This document shows, piece after piece, positions 50,686 through 62,901 of a stretch of DNA of 64,000 nucleotides (positions are counted from its first letter, which is position 1; every line of letters begins with the position of its first letter). This DNA comes from Eledone cirrhosa. Lineage: Eukaryota. The DNA lies in assembly GCA_964016885.1 (NCBI GenBank), contig OZ024743.1, positions 95,604,001-95,668,000 on the forward strand, read 5' to 3'. Below the pieces are notes generated by a model that saw only the letters and a program-made list of their open reading frames with translations, ran no database searches and had not been told where the DNA came from. Both the position numbers and the translations under genes were made by a program.

Positions 50686-51804
50686 TTTTAACGACTTCTT
50701 CCGAGTCACTGGAACATTTTTTTGTTGTTGTTGATTACATGAGATCTGGATTTCAAACTAAAGCAGAATATTCTAATGCTTATTTGTAATATTGACAAGC
50801 AGTCGATAGCTTGTAAGGTCATTTCGATTATAATCGATTAGATTGTCTTCAATATATAATGGTAGATAAAGAAACAGAGATAACAACACGTGACCAAAGA
50901 TTTCCCACCAGAAGGAAAGAATCGATTACAATCTTAACCAAAATGGAATATAAATATTTACATATGTGTATGTGTGTGTGTGTGTGTGCGTGTGCGCGTG
51001 CGTGCGTGCGTGTGTTTGTGTGCGTGTTTGTGTGTGTGTGTGTGTTCGTGTGTATGGTATGGGTTTCAATGAATTTTAAAGTGAATATGGATTGGAACAT
51101 GCCAAATGACACAGACCGGAAGATTAGACAAACTGTCCAGATATTATAAGCACGTCAGCAGAAGAAGTATCTTGCGATCTTCCAATTCAAACTGAAGATA
51201 ACTCTGATAAGAATGGAGTATCATGAAACGATCTGGAAGAAGTGATTTGAAAATAGAAGCAGTCAATGATAAAGATGATAGAAGGTTAAAAGACAGGCTG
51301 ATAAATATATGAACAATAACACAATACTTATTACACTTATATTTGCAGTGTGATGGACCCATAACTCCTGATTGAATCTTAGGTCCAACGTGCCTTTGGC
51401 GTTTAAACTTGGCCGATCCCATTCCCTCTCCGGGCCTGAACACAGCCGATTTCTTCCAGAGAGAGAGAGAGTGATGGAGAGAGAGAGGGGGGGAGAGGGG
51501 GGAGGCATAGAGGAAGAAACAGCCACATTACTAAACTGATGCTTTATTTATCGACACTGCCATGATGAAAGGCAAAGTTGAACTCGATGTGATTTGAACT
51601 CAGGCTGCAAGATTACAAACTACATCTACAGTCTGATTATAAACCACAATCATAGGATCTCTACTGACTATATATATTATGTTGAGTACTTTCAATTGAA
51701 TACAAGAAGTAGTACCAAAACAAAATACGATAAGATTTTTGAAACACTACAGCTCTTCTGTGGAGCGCTGCGTCCACCAATATAGAAGCAGTTATCGCTG
51801 CTTT

Positions 51805-52150
<346 letters not shown>

Positions 52151-52926
52151 TGTTGTCTGCAGAAAGTTTGGCTCTAATACTGTTCTTTGAGTGGTGCGAA
52201 TGTTCATACTGTACCCATACAACCAACCCTCTCCAATTTCTGGTCTCTAAAATATAGGCGTAAGTTCAGAATGTTCCCTTAAAAACAGGCCATACCTTTT
52301 CATATAGAAAATAAAAGAAATGGTCTCTCAATTCTTTGTGAAAATCAATATTTAAGAAAGTTAAAGGAAATGAAAAGGAGATACACAGGAACAAGGATTC
52401 TTTGGAAAATAAACAGGTCAACCTGAAGTCATTTTGCCAAGAACTAGCTAAATCAATACAACTCCACAGCAACAAACATGGAAGACTGATGGAGGTGAAG
52501 TATATACAGCGAGTAGATTACAACGGGATGGTAAAATAACAAGTAAAAATATTGAACAATCGTGGTTAGAAATAACAACTAAATAAAGAGTCTACGTGCT
52601 GCAGAACATACACAATTCGAAAACATGCGAAAATCATAGATTTTCAAGAGTGCTTTAAAAGTTTAACTTACAAAAATATTCACGGGTCTACTGAATGAAA
52701 TCAGAAATAGTAGCTGAACGGTTTACTGAGGGAGTAAAATGACTTTAATCTCAAGCCAAAACGGACAATGAACACTAAAATATAGAGACCCATAACCTAT
52801 CTGGCTGTAATGTAGAAAGTCTTAGCTTTGCAAAGAACAAATACTGGCCTGGAAAACAAAAAGTGGAAATGTTTCAAACAGGTAGTAATAAGCATATTCA
52901 CTCAGACATGTAGATTAATGCTTTAA

Positions 52927-53146
52927 CCCTTTAGCATTTAAACCGGCGGTATCCGGCCAGAATTTTGTCACCGTTATTGTCCAAGCCGGCTGCAACTGGC
53001 TGCTCATACTGATGTTAACGTATTGTTCTCAAAATAAATAATATCAAAATCTCAAGGATTTGATATTATGTGAGATAATTATGTGAGGTAAAGACTTTAC
53101 TCTGAAAATATAATAGTAAACATAGAGTAATGTAAATGCTAAAGGG
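52927..53146. mobile_element. piggyBac-like MITE (220 bp)
   Basis: TTAA|CCCTTTAGCATTTA ... TAAATGCTAAAGGG|TTAA: 14-bp TIR and TTAA duplication. Confidence 0.9.
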
Positions 53147-53308
53147 TTAAACAGCTATTCCTGTCTGGTCTGGAACCAGCTGTTTAAACGGCAAGAGCTT
53201 AGCCATCGAATCCCGACTCTTTACAATATAACCGTACTCTACTACCCCAAGTATCGAGTACTCTGCTGAGTAATGGTCTAACCGGTTTAAAACTGATTCC
53301 ATCCTATG

Positions 53309-53777
53309 ATAAAATTCCCGAGATCCATGGATGAGGTCTCTCCAGCGGTCTCTGTCCCTCATCATCGCCGCCATGTCCTGCGTCTCCCAGACACCAATAT
53401 CTTTCCTTAGGTCATCAGCATATGTCAACCGCTGTGTCCCTCTTCTAGTGTGTCCGTGTAAGGGCTTACACAGGAGCACTGGGTGCAGTGTCAACTCTGA
53501 ATGTCGGTGAGCATGTCTGGCTAACCTCAGTCCCCTCTATATTACTTTCGAACTTACTTTTGGGAGGCTCCCGTACAGCTCTGAGTTCTTCATCCTCAGT
53601 GTATACTGATTAATATTCAGAGCCATCCTCAGCCTTCTCGTGTAGCACCCATCCACCATCTGACCTGAGTGAGTCTATTGGTCAGTGTCCAAGTCTCAGA
53701 CCTGTACAGCAGCACAGACTCCAATGTAGCAACGAAGAGATGGATCTTCAGGTCTTTACGAAAGTCAAACTTCGACA
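53309..53777 (-). mobile_element. RTE/RTE-X 3' fragment with 10-bp target-site duplication
   Basis: Same family as 19433 and 26822; CCATCCTATG at 53299-53308 and 53778-53787. Confidence 0.85.
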
Positions 53778-53797
53778 CCATCCTATGTTTCTTTTCA

Positions 53798-53830
<33 letters not shown>

Positions 53831-53904
53831 CGTTATTCCGGGTTGAATCGGAGGTAACCACAGTAAGTAAGGTACTCAATACATAGCAGAGTATAAAAGT
53901 TTTA

Positions 53905-54010
53905 ATATAGATGAGATTCTACAGGACTAGAACTGTTTCATTCTTTAGAAATCATCAGGAATCCTGATGATTTCTAAAGAATGAAACAGTTCTAGTCCTG
54001 TAGAATCTCA

Positions 54011-54017
<7 letters not shown>
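53905..54017. ncRNA. Perfect palindrome encoding back-to-back hammerheads
   Basis: 56-bp arms, 1-nt centre. Minus 53915-53963: GAUUC CUGAUGA u UUC-uaaa-GAA u GAA ACAG-8nt-CUGU A GAAUC. Plus 53959-54007 is the same with one stem-I mismatch. Confidence 0.78.
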
Positions 54018-54071
<54 letters not shown>

Positions 54072-54083
<12 letters not shown>

Positions 54084-55221
54084 AAGAACACAAGAGCGTC
54101 TACAACATCAAAAGATTTTTATTGGCTAACAATGTTTCTTCCTTACGTGTAACCGTAGGATTCGTCAGAGCTATAAAAGGGGTTTGATTGGTGTTATGGA
54201 CTCTACCAACCAAACACCCAAGAACAAAGAGTAAAGAGAGTAAAGAGCAAAAGTAGGGGACGATAAGTCTAATTTTGGTGCGGGAGGGTGGGGTGTTGGT
54301 CCTGTTTACTAGCTGCGGTCATCGGGGGTCGGGTGGTTAGCTGAACCATAGATGGGGTGGCGTGGATAGTATGGTGCAGAGGGTGCGCAGAGGCTACACA
54401 AACACAAAGGGCGTAGAATACATATATACATATAGCGGAGGAGAAGGTACATGAGGTAATTAGAAATGGAAAAAGAGTAATAATAATAATCTATAATTAA
54501 TAGTGTATAATAAGGCATGGGGAAGATTACACTATAATAAGGTATAAAGGTAAGAATAAGGTAAAATATAAAGGAGGATAAAAGTGGAAATAATAATAAA
54601 GATAAAAAATATATAGAGAATATATAAGGAAATATAAGCGAATATTTGGAGGGGAAAACACAATGTAAAAAAAACGATTTTTTTCAAACAATAATAAAAA
54701 ATAATAAAAATATAATAATTATGGGGGAGAAAACAGGATAGAGAAATATGATCAAGTGTGATTCGTTGAGAGAATATAGGATGATAACAGTTGTGTCCGG
54801 TTTATACATCTTAATAATAAATAATAAACCATACTATCCACGCCACCCCATCTATGGTTCAGCTAACCACCCGACCCCCGATGACCGCAGCTAGTAAACA
54901 AGGACCAACACCCCACCCTCCCGCACCAAAATTAGACTTATCGTCCCCTACTTTTGCTCTTTACTCTCTTTACTCTTTGTTCTTGGGTGTTTGGTTGGTA
55001 GAGTCCATAACACCAATCAAACCCCTTTTATAGCTCTGATGAATCCTACGGTTACACGTAAGGAAGAAACATTGTTAGCCAATAAAAATCTTTTGATGTT
55101 GTAGACGCTCTTGTGTTCTTTTTCATATATACGGCTCTGCTCCAAAGCATAGAGCTAATTATTATGCTGCCAATACCTTAACGGGACACGGGTATATAAT
55201 ACCTAACTCCTACTAACCTAA

Positions 55222-55222
<1 letters not shown>
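54072..55222. mobile_element. Non-coding PLE-terminus-like element with ~300-bp inverted arms, each with a hammerhead
   Basis: Arms 54072-54375 and 54828-55130. GCU CUGA(U/C)GA a UCCU.ACG-guuaca-CGU.AGGA a GAAAC auu GUU AGC, then AATAAA, at 55033-55079 (+) and 54125-54171 (-). Bounded by (TA)n. Confidence 0.8.
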
Positions 55223-55276
<54 letters not shown>

Positions 55277-55526
55277 CAACTGCAGTTGAAAATTGCAAAC
55301 TTGACTGTCACCACATATTATGAACCTGAAGATTGCGAAAGCATGAAAGTACTTGTTCAATTAACACTTAGAATTTAATATTCTACCATACTATTTCATT
55401 ATAATACCATTATAAATTTTAAAGGATTGTAAATAAAACGAGTAAATCAGACAAAGTTGGAATTCCTCTTATTAATATAATCTTCTATACACAATCATAC
55501 ACACCCGTGTATATTTATCTATCTAT

Positions 55527-56510
55527 CCTGGCACACTGAGTGTGCCCAGGCGCTCACCGCCCTCTGGCAGGCGGATCCGGTTATCAGTGGAGACTCCACC
55601 GCAACATTCTATAGAGGGCTGGTACGCAGCAGGTGCGACGACGCCCTCGGAGAAGCCCTAGACATGGAGGAGGACGAACTGGCCAGCCTGTTCGGTAGGA
55701 CATTCAGCCCGGGACCTATGGACAACTTCCAGAAGTCCCTGGCCTGGCAGTGCTACCGAGGGGCTTTACCCGTTCGAGAAAGGCTCTACAGACACGGGCG
55801 CCCGGGTAGGGACCCCGCCAAAAAGATCTGTCCCAGATGCGTGTGCGACGAGGAAACCGTTGCACACGCATTAGTACACTGCTCGGGCGTAGCCGATCTG
55901 TGGGGCTATGTCGAACAACTGCTGTCAAGGGTGGGACCGATCCGGTTGACCACCGAGTCTATTGTAATGATCAAGCCGCCTCCCCCCTTCAAAGATGAAG
56001 CAGAGGCGGTGTTTCTGTGCGTAATAGCCATGGCGAAAGAGGTTGTATGGTGGACGCGTCTGAAAGGACTGAGGTCGGGCACCTTTCTCTCTGGCCAACA
56101 ACTGGTCCGTTTCTTCCGATATCATTTCGGAAGAAGGATCAGGATGGAGAGAGAGGTGCTGCACCCCAGCCGTTTCTATGAAAGATGGGTGAAAGTGGCG
56201 AGAATGGCCCGTGTGAATGGGCCTTCACTCTACATCAGACTATAGGTGAGGAAGATGAAAGACCAAGGGAGCACCCCTTCTCTGTGCTCCTGAGGAGAAG
56301 GGTTGCACACTTTTTTCGGGGGTGTGTGCGACCCCCCAAGGCGCCTCCTCTCTATTGAGGATTTTGTTAAAAATTTTATTTTTTGTTATATCTTATTTTA
56401 TTTTTATATTTTGTTATTGCCTTCTCCTTATTGAGGACGCCTTTTTGTGTAAACTCCCCCCTTTGTACTTGTCCCACTTTTGATGCCCTAGTGGCAAATA
56501 AAAGAAATAT
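55527..56510 (+). mobile_element. 5'-truncated Tx1 copy
   Basis: Near-identical to 61361-62341; flanked by (TATC)n on both sides. Confidence 0.92.
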
Positions 56511-56766
56511 ATCTATCTATATATATCTATCTATCTATCTATCCATTACGATGGACACATGTGCTGAGCTCGCTCGGTAAGTTTTTGTTTAAATTCATAC
56601 GGAAATTGTAAACTGTAAACTTTCATTTTTGTACCATTTTGTAGAGGGACTGCCAGGTCAAATTTTGATCTGGTCGGTCTCTCAAAATATTCTGCGCCTT
56701 TGGGCGAAATAGTATTGTGAACATTTTATCTTTCGAAAAACTTCGAAAAACCCTATTTTGAGAAAA

Positions 56767-56943
56767 ATGGCTGAAGCATCTTCACCATCAATCAAAGAAG
56801 GAAAGGGGAAGTCATACTCACAGCTTCCCCCTGCCACTGTCACAGCAGCAGATGCCAAAGGCAGAGGTCAGAGAGAGGAAGAATTGTCTTCACCTGTTGA
56901 CCGACCACTAGATGTAGCCACAACTACACAAGAATTTGAAAAC

Positions 56944-56974
<31 letters not shown>

Positions 56975-58617
56975 GCAACAATAAAGACAACAAAAACAAC
57001 AACAACACAAACGTCACAAGTATCCACACACGAAACGAGAAAGACAACAACAACAACAAAGATGAAAACAACTCAAACGACGAGAAACAAAACAATACTA
57101 ATATCCCAAACGAAAACAAAATATCTTTTGCACAAACGGCTAAATTATCAGTCGCTTATGTGCTGGAAGATATTTCAAAAGCAAAAGAAATGCTGGAAAA
57201 AGCCAAGAAATATGTGTCTTTTGGCGAAAACGGATCGTTTTCTATACATTCACCTCCGGAGCTAAAAAGACAGACGGAATTACGAACTGTCGTATTCCGA
57301 ACAATTTTAAATAAAACAAAGAAACCAGCGCAACCATCTCAAGCGGAAACTCAGTTAGTCTTGAAAGACGCGATGAGAGACATCACTTTCATACAAAAGG
57401 ATAAACTCTATGGGAGTTTATCCATATTGATGAAAGACGAATTGGCGGCAAAAAAATACTCTGTGTCGCCAATTCGGTCCACACACTACACCTTCTTCCC
57501 CACCTACATGGGTAAAAAAACCCAGAGGATATGGATAACCACCATCACCCCAAACATAAACTACTGGTGGTTACTAACCGGTTTCCTCAATTTAGACGAG
57601 GACAACCTCATCTCAATAGGGAAGGCATCCGGCGACGCGTTCAGTGGAACGAGCCTCGAAGTTCTGACCCAAATAAGGCCAGAACGCATCGCTCAAATCC
57701 CTGAGCGCGTCATGCTGGATGACCGTACCCACCTCAACATTATTGTGGAGGGTAGGCGTCCCTCCTGTTACCTCTGTGGCAATAGAGGTCACCTGAGGGC
57801 TGCCTGTCCCCAGCTCACACAGAAAAAAACACTGCTACCAACACCAACACCACCCCAACTACAACAACAAAAACAACCACAACAACAACAAAAACCAACA
57901 ACCCCACCACCACCACCACAACAACAACAACAACAAACACGTGAAAAAATAACACAGAATACTGTCCCACCCAATCCCTCCCCACCCAAAACAAATACAA
58001 AAACACGCACACCGCAAACACTACCAGAAAACATACCCCTCCCACCCAACAAGGAAGACGAACCTCTTTCGTCGCAAGACGAAAAAGATCCCTTCCAACA
58101 AGTAAAAAGAAAGAAGAGGAGACGCACCACAGACACACATGTTAACTTTAACCCCCCCCAAGAGAACACAAACTACACACAAACCACCCCTCCCTGTCAC
58201 ACAACACTAACTGCTACACAAAAAAAGACCTTACAATACACATACATGAACACAGACAACAAAGAATTACGGAAAACAATTTCAGCAAACCCTTCGGTCC
58301 AAACTGAAGGGCCAAACTTTATAACTGCTGTGGGACTACCTCATTTGAAAATGATAAAAGTCCCAATGCACTTGTACAAAACACTGAAAATAAATTTCAC
58401 GGAGGACGTGGGCCCCCCCTGCGCCAAACCAATGAACCGCGTCCTCCTAAAAAATTTCACCCCCCCACCCCACCCAGACACCCACTCAACGACAAACACC
58501 CCAACCCCACAACACACCGATGCCCCTTCACTTCCACAAACCACCACCCCACCCAACAACCCATCCCCAACCAGCATGGAAATTGAGCGGCCCGTTTCCC
58601 GGGACGCAGAGAGGTAA
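56767..58617 (+). CDS. Tx1 ORF1p (low-complexity N-terminus, CCHC zinc knuckle, Pro/Gln-rich tail)
   Basis: ATG at 56767; IIVEGRRPSCYLCGNRGHLRAACP. Confidence 0.88.
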
Positions 58618-58641
58618 GTGCCTTTTCTCTTTACCACCAAC

Positions 58642-61600
58642 ATGGCTGTGCTAAGAGTAGGGTGTCTAAATGCGCGTGGCCTGGGCTCGTCTTGGAAGCA
58701 AGCAATGCTTCTAAATGACCTCAGGTCACAATCTATAAATGTGATGGTTATCTGCGAGGCCCGGATCAGCAGCATGCGACAGCTAGCCCCCACCTTTGAC
58801 GACTTTGAGATGCACGCATCTCTCTGTCAGCCCGGAGGTGGGGGTGGGGTTGTCGTTCTGCTGCAAAAACATATGGGCCTTGCAACACAGATAGTTCACT
58901 TGGACCCAGGGGGTCGACTGGTGGTGCTGGACCTTGGCAGTGGTGAAGGTAGAGCCCTTAGGCTGATAGCCGCATATGCCCCTTTTGGGACAGAGCGGCC
59001 CGACTTTTTCCAGCGTCTGGAGTCTTTTCTAGGGACGTCCCGTTCCCTGCTTTTAGTGGGGGATTGGAATGGTATCCTGGATGCACGTTGGGACTATGCA
59101 GGGGCATGTCCCGATAGAGAGGGGTGCAACAGCCTCAAGGGGTTACTCGGCCGATTTGACCTGGCCGATAGATTTCGACTAGATTTTCCGACGGTGCCAA
59201 CCTGGTCTTGGTCAAATCGCAGCGGATCATCTAGATCGTACCTAGATAGATTTTTAGTTAGAAATAAGGACAGGGACTTTTTAAGTTGTCCAGAAATGCT
59301 CATGGTTGGCTATTCAGACCACAAGTTGGTGACCTGCATGGTCAACCTTGATAGAACGCATAGACAGGGCCCCGGTTACTGGAAGCTCAACTTGTCCTTG
59401 CCGGCAAGTAGAGCCTACAGGAATCGGATTAGTACGTTAGTTAAGGAACGGTTGACTGGAGCGATCGTCAACAGCAGGTGGTGGGTATCTCTAAAGAGAG
59501 AGATTAGAGTAGTCTCGATTGAATTTAGTAAGGTTCTAGCTGCGGATAGGAATAGGAAGGAAAGGGAGCTAATAGATAGAGTAGAAGAGGCAATTAGAAG
59601 CGGCGACGTGGCCAGAGTGCTAGCGTCGAGAACGGCTTTGAGCCAGTTTTTCGACGCGAAGCACGAAGGCTGCGTTGTCCGAAGTAAAATACGTGCTCTA
59701 GGGAACGAGGGGGCCAAAGCTGTTAGCTGGGCCCGCGTGACAGAGGCCAACAGTGGAACTAAATCCACCATCCGGTCTTTGCGAGACCTGGATGGACGGG
59801 CGATTCTTGAGCCTAAGCAGATGTGTGAGGCCTTTCAAAGGCACTTTGCCCGACTGTTCGGGAGGGGCGGGGAGCCGGTTGGAAACGTGGACTTCGGTCC
59901 ATACCTCGACGGCCTGCCGCGCCTCTCGGACAGGGAGGCGAAGTCTTGCGAGGATCCGATTTCGGCCGCTGAGATAGAGGACGTGCTGAGCCAATGCGGC
60001 AAACGCAAATCCCCGGGTCTCGATGGTCTTCCTTACGAATTATATCTAGCTATGCCGGACTTGTTCCCCGATCTCCTCGAGGCGGTCTACTGCAACTGGC
60101 AACAGAACGGGAGAATTCCCTGTACTGTGACCAAGGGCGTAGTCACGCTAGTGAGGAAGGACGAGAACAAGGGGGACGAAATAAGTAACTTCAGGCCCAT
60201 AACTCTGCTAAATACAGAGTTACAGATTTTGGCCAAGGTGCTAGCAAAGAGGTTGGCGCTTGTCGTGGGCAACCTGGTGGGAGATGCGCAGACATGCGCT
60301 ATCCCGTCCAGGTCCATCCATGACAACCTCCACCTCATGCGATACATCATAGAGAGGGTTGGGAACGAACCCGGCTTTGGTGGGGCTCTGATCAACTTGG
60401 ATCAATCTAAGCCGTTCGATAGGGTCGACCATGGTTACCTGGATGCGGTGCTAGCGGCGGCAGGCTTCGGACCCGTTTTCAGGGGCTGGATCACTGCTAT
60501 GCACAGCAGCCGCATCTGCTCTAGGGTCAAGGTGAACGGCTACCTCTCGGAGCCGTTCAAAATCGCGCGGTCCATCCGACAAGGGTGCCCTCTCTCCTCC
60601 CTTCTGTATGTGTTGACTCTCGAGCCACTACTGCGGAAGTTGGAGTTGTTGCAGGGCATCCCTTTGGAACCGGGATTGCGGAAAGCGGTGTCAGCCTACG
60701 CCGATGATGTGACAGTAATGGTGTCGACGGCCTCCGAAATCGAGGCGGTCGGCACCTTACTGGAGGAGTACGAAAAGTTCACAGGGGCTAAGCTGAACCG
60801 GGACAAGTCGATCGGTTTGCAACGCGGCACGTGGAGGGGCAGACCGATGCCCTCCGATGGCGTCGTCGGACGCTGGACGGAGGGCCCGGTGAAGTTGCTC
60901 GGGGTCTGGTTCGGACCGGACCTCCAGGTGGAGAAAAACTGGGCGGAGGTTACGAACAGGGTGTTTGCACTGACCCAGAAGTGGGCCAGTTGCAAACTAT
61001 CCCTGAAAGGTCGGGCGGAGGTGGCGAACACTTATATAGCGTCCGTCATCTACTACCGCCTGACCGTAGTGCCCTGCCCAAGGGAAACCCTCACCAAGAT
61101 GGAGCGCGCGCTCTTCCAATTCCTTTGGAAGAGGCGGGCTCCTATGGTGAGGAGATCCATCTGCTGTCAACACCCTTCGAAAGGAGGGCTGGGGATGCCG
61201 TGGCTAATGATGCGTAAACACGCATTAAGGCTACGGCACCTCTACGTATTCCTCACCGGACAACCGGTGTGGGCCTCGTTTGTGAGACGAACCTTTCCCA
61301 GACTCGTCTCACTCACCGAGCTGCAATCCTGGGTCAAGCAAAGACCGAGAAAACTGGGCGCCTGGCACACTGAGTGTGCCCAGGCGCTCACCGCCCTCTG
61401 GCAGGCGGATCCGGTTATCAGTGGAGACTCCACCGCAACATTCTATAGAGGGCTGGTACGCAGCAGGTGCGACGACGCCCTCGGAGAAGCCCTAGACATG
61501 GAGGAGGACGAACTGGCCAGCCTGTTCGGTAGGACATTCAGCCCGGGACCTATGGACAACTTCCAGAAGTCCCTGGCCTGGCAGTGCTACCCAGGGGCTT

Positions 61601-62079
61601 TACCCGTTCGAGAAAGGCTCTACAGACACGGGCGCCCGGGTAGGGACCCCGCCAAAAAGATCTGTCCCAGATGCGTGTGCGACGAGGAAACCGTTGCACA
61701 CGCATTGGTACACTGCTCGGGCGTAGCCGATCTGTGGGGCTATGTCGAACAACTGCTGTCAAGGGTGGGACCGATCCGGTTGACCACCGAGTCTATTGTA
61801 ATGATCAAGCCGCCTCCCCCCTTCAAAGATGAAGCAGAGGCGGTGTTTCTGTGCGTAATAGCCATGGCGAAAGAGGTTGTATGGTGGACGCGTCTGAAAG
61901 GACTGAGGTCAGGCACCTTTCTCTCTGGCCAACAACTGGTCCGTTTCTTCCGATATCATTTCGGAAGAAGGATCAGGATGGAGAGAGAGGTGCTGCACCC
62001 CAGTCGTTTTTATGAAAGGTGGGTGAAAGTGGCGAGAATGGCCCGTGTGAATGGGCCTTCTCTTTACATAAGCCTGTAG
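58642..62079 (+). CDS. Tx1 ORF2p (APE endonuclease, RT, Zn finger)
   Basis: ATG at 58642; LNARGL, GDWN, YLDR, YSDH, GYWKLN, LDQSKPFDRV (A>P), RQGCPLS, YADD, CPRC...ETVAHALVHC. No stops. Confidence 0.93.
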   Translation: MAVLRVGCLNARGLGSSWKQAMLLNDLRSQSINVMVICEARISSMRQLAPTFDDFEMHASLCQPGGGGGVVVLLQKHMGLATQIVHLDPGGRLVVLDLGSGEGRALRLIAAYAPFGTERPDFFQRLESFLGTSRSLLLVGDWNGILDARWDYAGACPDREGCNSLKGLLGRFDLADRFRLDFPTVPTWSWSNRSGSSRSYLDRFLVRNKDRDFLSCPEMLMVGYSDHKLVTCMVNLDRTHRQGPGYWKLNLSLPASRAYRNRISTLVKERLTGAIVNSRWWVSLKREIRVVSIEFSKVLAADRNRKERELIDRVEEAIRSGDVARVLASRTALSQFFDAKHEGCVVRSKIRALGNEGAKAVSWARVTEANSGTKSTIRSLRDLDGRAILEPKQMCEAFQRHFARLFGRGGEPVGNVDFGPYLDGLPRLSDREAKSCEDPISAAEIEDVLSQCGKRKSPGLDGLPYELYLAMPDLFPDLLEAVYCNWQQNGRIPCTVTKGVVTLVRKDENKGDEISNFRPITLLNTELQILAKVLAKRLALVVGNLVGDAQTCAIPSRSIHDNLHLMRYIIERVGNEPGFGGALINLDQSKPFDRVDHGYLDAVLAAAGFGPVFRGWITAMHSSRICSRVKVNGYLSEPFKIARSIRQGCPLSSLLYVLTLEPLLRKLELLQGIPLEPGLRKAVSAYADDVTVMVSTASEIEAVGTLLEEYEKFTGAKLNRDKSIGLQRGTWRGRPMPSDGVVGRWTEGPVKLLGVWFGPDLQVEKNWAEVTNRVFALTQKWASCKLSLKGRAEVANTYIASVIYYRLTVVPCPRETLTKMERALFQFLWKRRAPMVRRSICCQHPSKGGLGMPWLMMRKHALRLRHLYVFLTGQPVWASFVRRTFPRLVSLTELQSWVKQRPRKLGAWHTECAQALTALWQADPVISGDSTATFYRGLVRSRCDDALGEALDMEEDELASLFGRTFSPGPMDNFQKSLAWQCYPGALPVRERLYRHGRPGRDPAKKICPRCVCDEETVAHALVHCSGVADLWGYVEQLLSRVGPIRLTTESIVMIKPPPPFKDEAEAVFLCVIAMAKEVVWWTRLKGLRSGTFLSGQQLVRFFRYHFGRRIRMEREVLHPSRFYERWVKVARMARVNGPSLYISL

Positions 62080-62349
62080 GTGGAAAAGAGGAAGGAACGA
62101 GGGAGCACCCCCTCTCTGTGCTCCTGAGGAAAAGGGTTGCACACTTTTTTCGGGGGTGTGTGCGACCCCCCAAGGCGCCTCCTCTCTATTGAGGATTTTG
62201 TTAAAAATTTTATTTTTTGTTATATCTTATTTTATTTTTATATTTTGTTATTGCCTCCTCCTTATTGAGGACGCCTTTTTGTGTAAACTCCCCCCTTTGT
62301 ACTTGTCCCACTTTTGATGCCCTAGTGGCAAATAAAAGAAACTTATCTA

Positions 62350-62383
<34 letters not shown>

Positions 62384-62428
62384 GTCACGAAACATAAGTC
62401 AATTGCATGAACTCATAATCCTTTATTT

Positions 62429-62484
62429 ACTGCTATATATATTTCGATGATAGCCATTGAATGGCTATGACCTCATCAGGCAGT
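62429..62484 (-). ncRNA. Complete type-I hammerhead candidate in a ~150-bp cassette (62383-62535)
   Basis: ACUGC CUGAUGA GGU c AUAGCCAU-uca-AUGGCUAU c AUC GAAA UAUAU AUA GCAGU, followed almost immediately by AATAAA. Confidence 0.8.
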
Positions 62485-62531
62485 TAGTCGGTTCTTAGAT
62501 ATGCCAGCTCTGTGTTTATAGTGTTGATGGT

Positions 62532-62604
<73 letters not shown>

Positions 62605-62726
62605 CGCCAGCACCCTATGTATATGCAAGAGATGTCAACATAAATGGACCTGCTATTTTTATCTAAAGACATTTTTTTCCAATAACATCCCGCCAGTCCC
62701 CTCAATCTATCTTATTTCTCATTCTT

Positions 62727-62762
62727 TCTTCTGATGAAGGACTAGCGCCCGAAACATTAAGA
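62727..62762 (+). ncRNA. Minimal hammerhead-like motif in cassette 62600-62830
   Basis: UCUU CUGAUGA AGGACUAGCGCCC GAAAC AUU AAGA; lies between TA runs. Confidence 0.62.
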
Positions 62763-62845
62763 CACTCTTCCTGCTATATCAAGCGTTAACCTAATATATC
62801 CCTTCCATATACTGTAACGTTGTGTTGTTATTTCTGTTTACCTTT

Positions 62846-62901
<56 letters not shown>

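Larger units (their letters stand above)
56544..62341 (+). mobile_element. Full-length Tx1-clade LINE with open ORF1 and ORF2
   Basis: Starts after (CTAT)n at CATTACG; two ORFs; ends AATAAAAGAAA followed by TTATCTATC. Confidence 0.93.
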
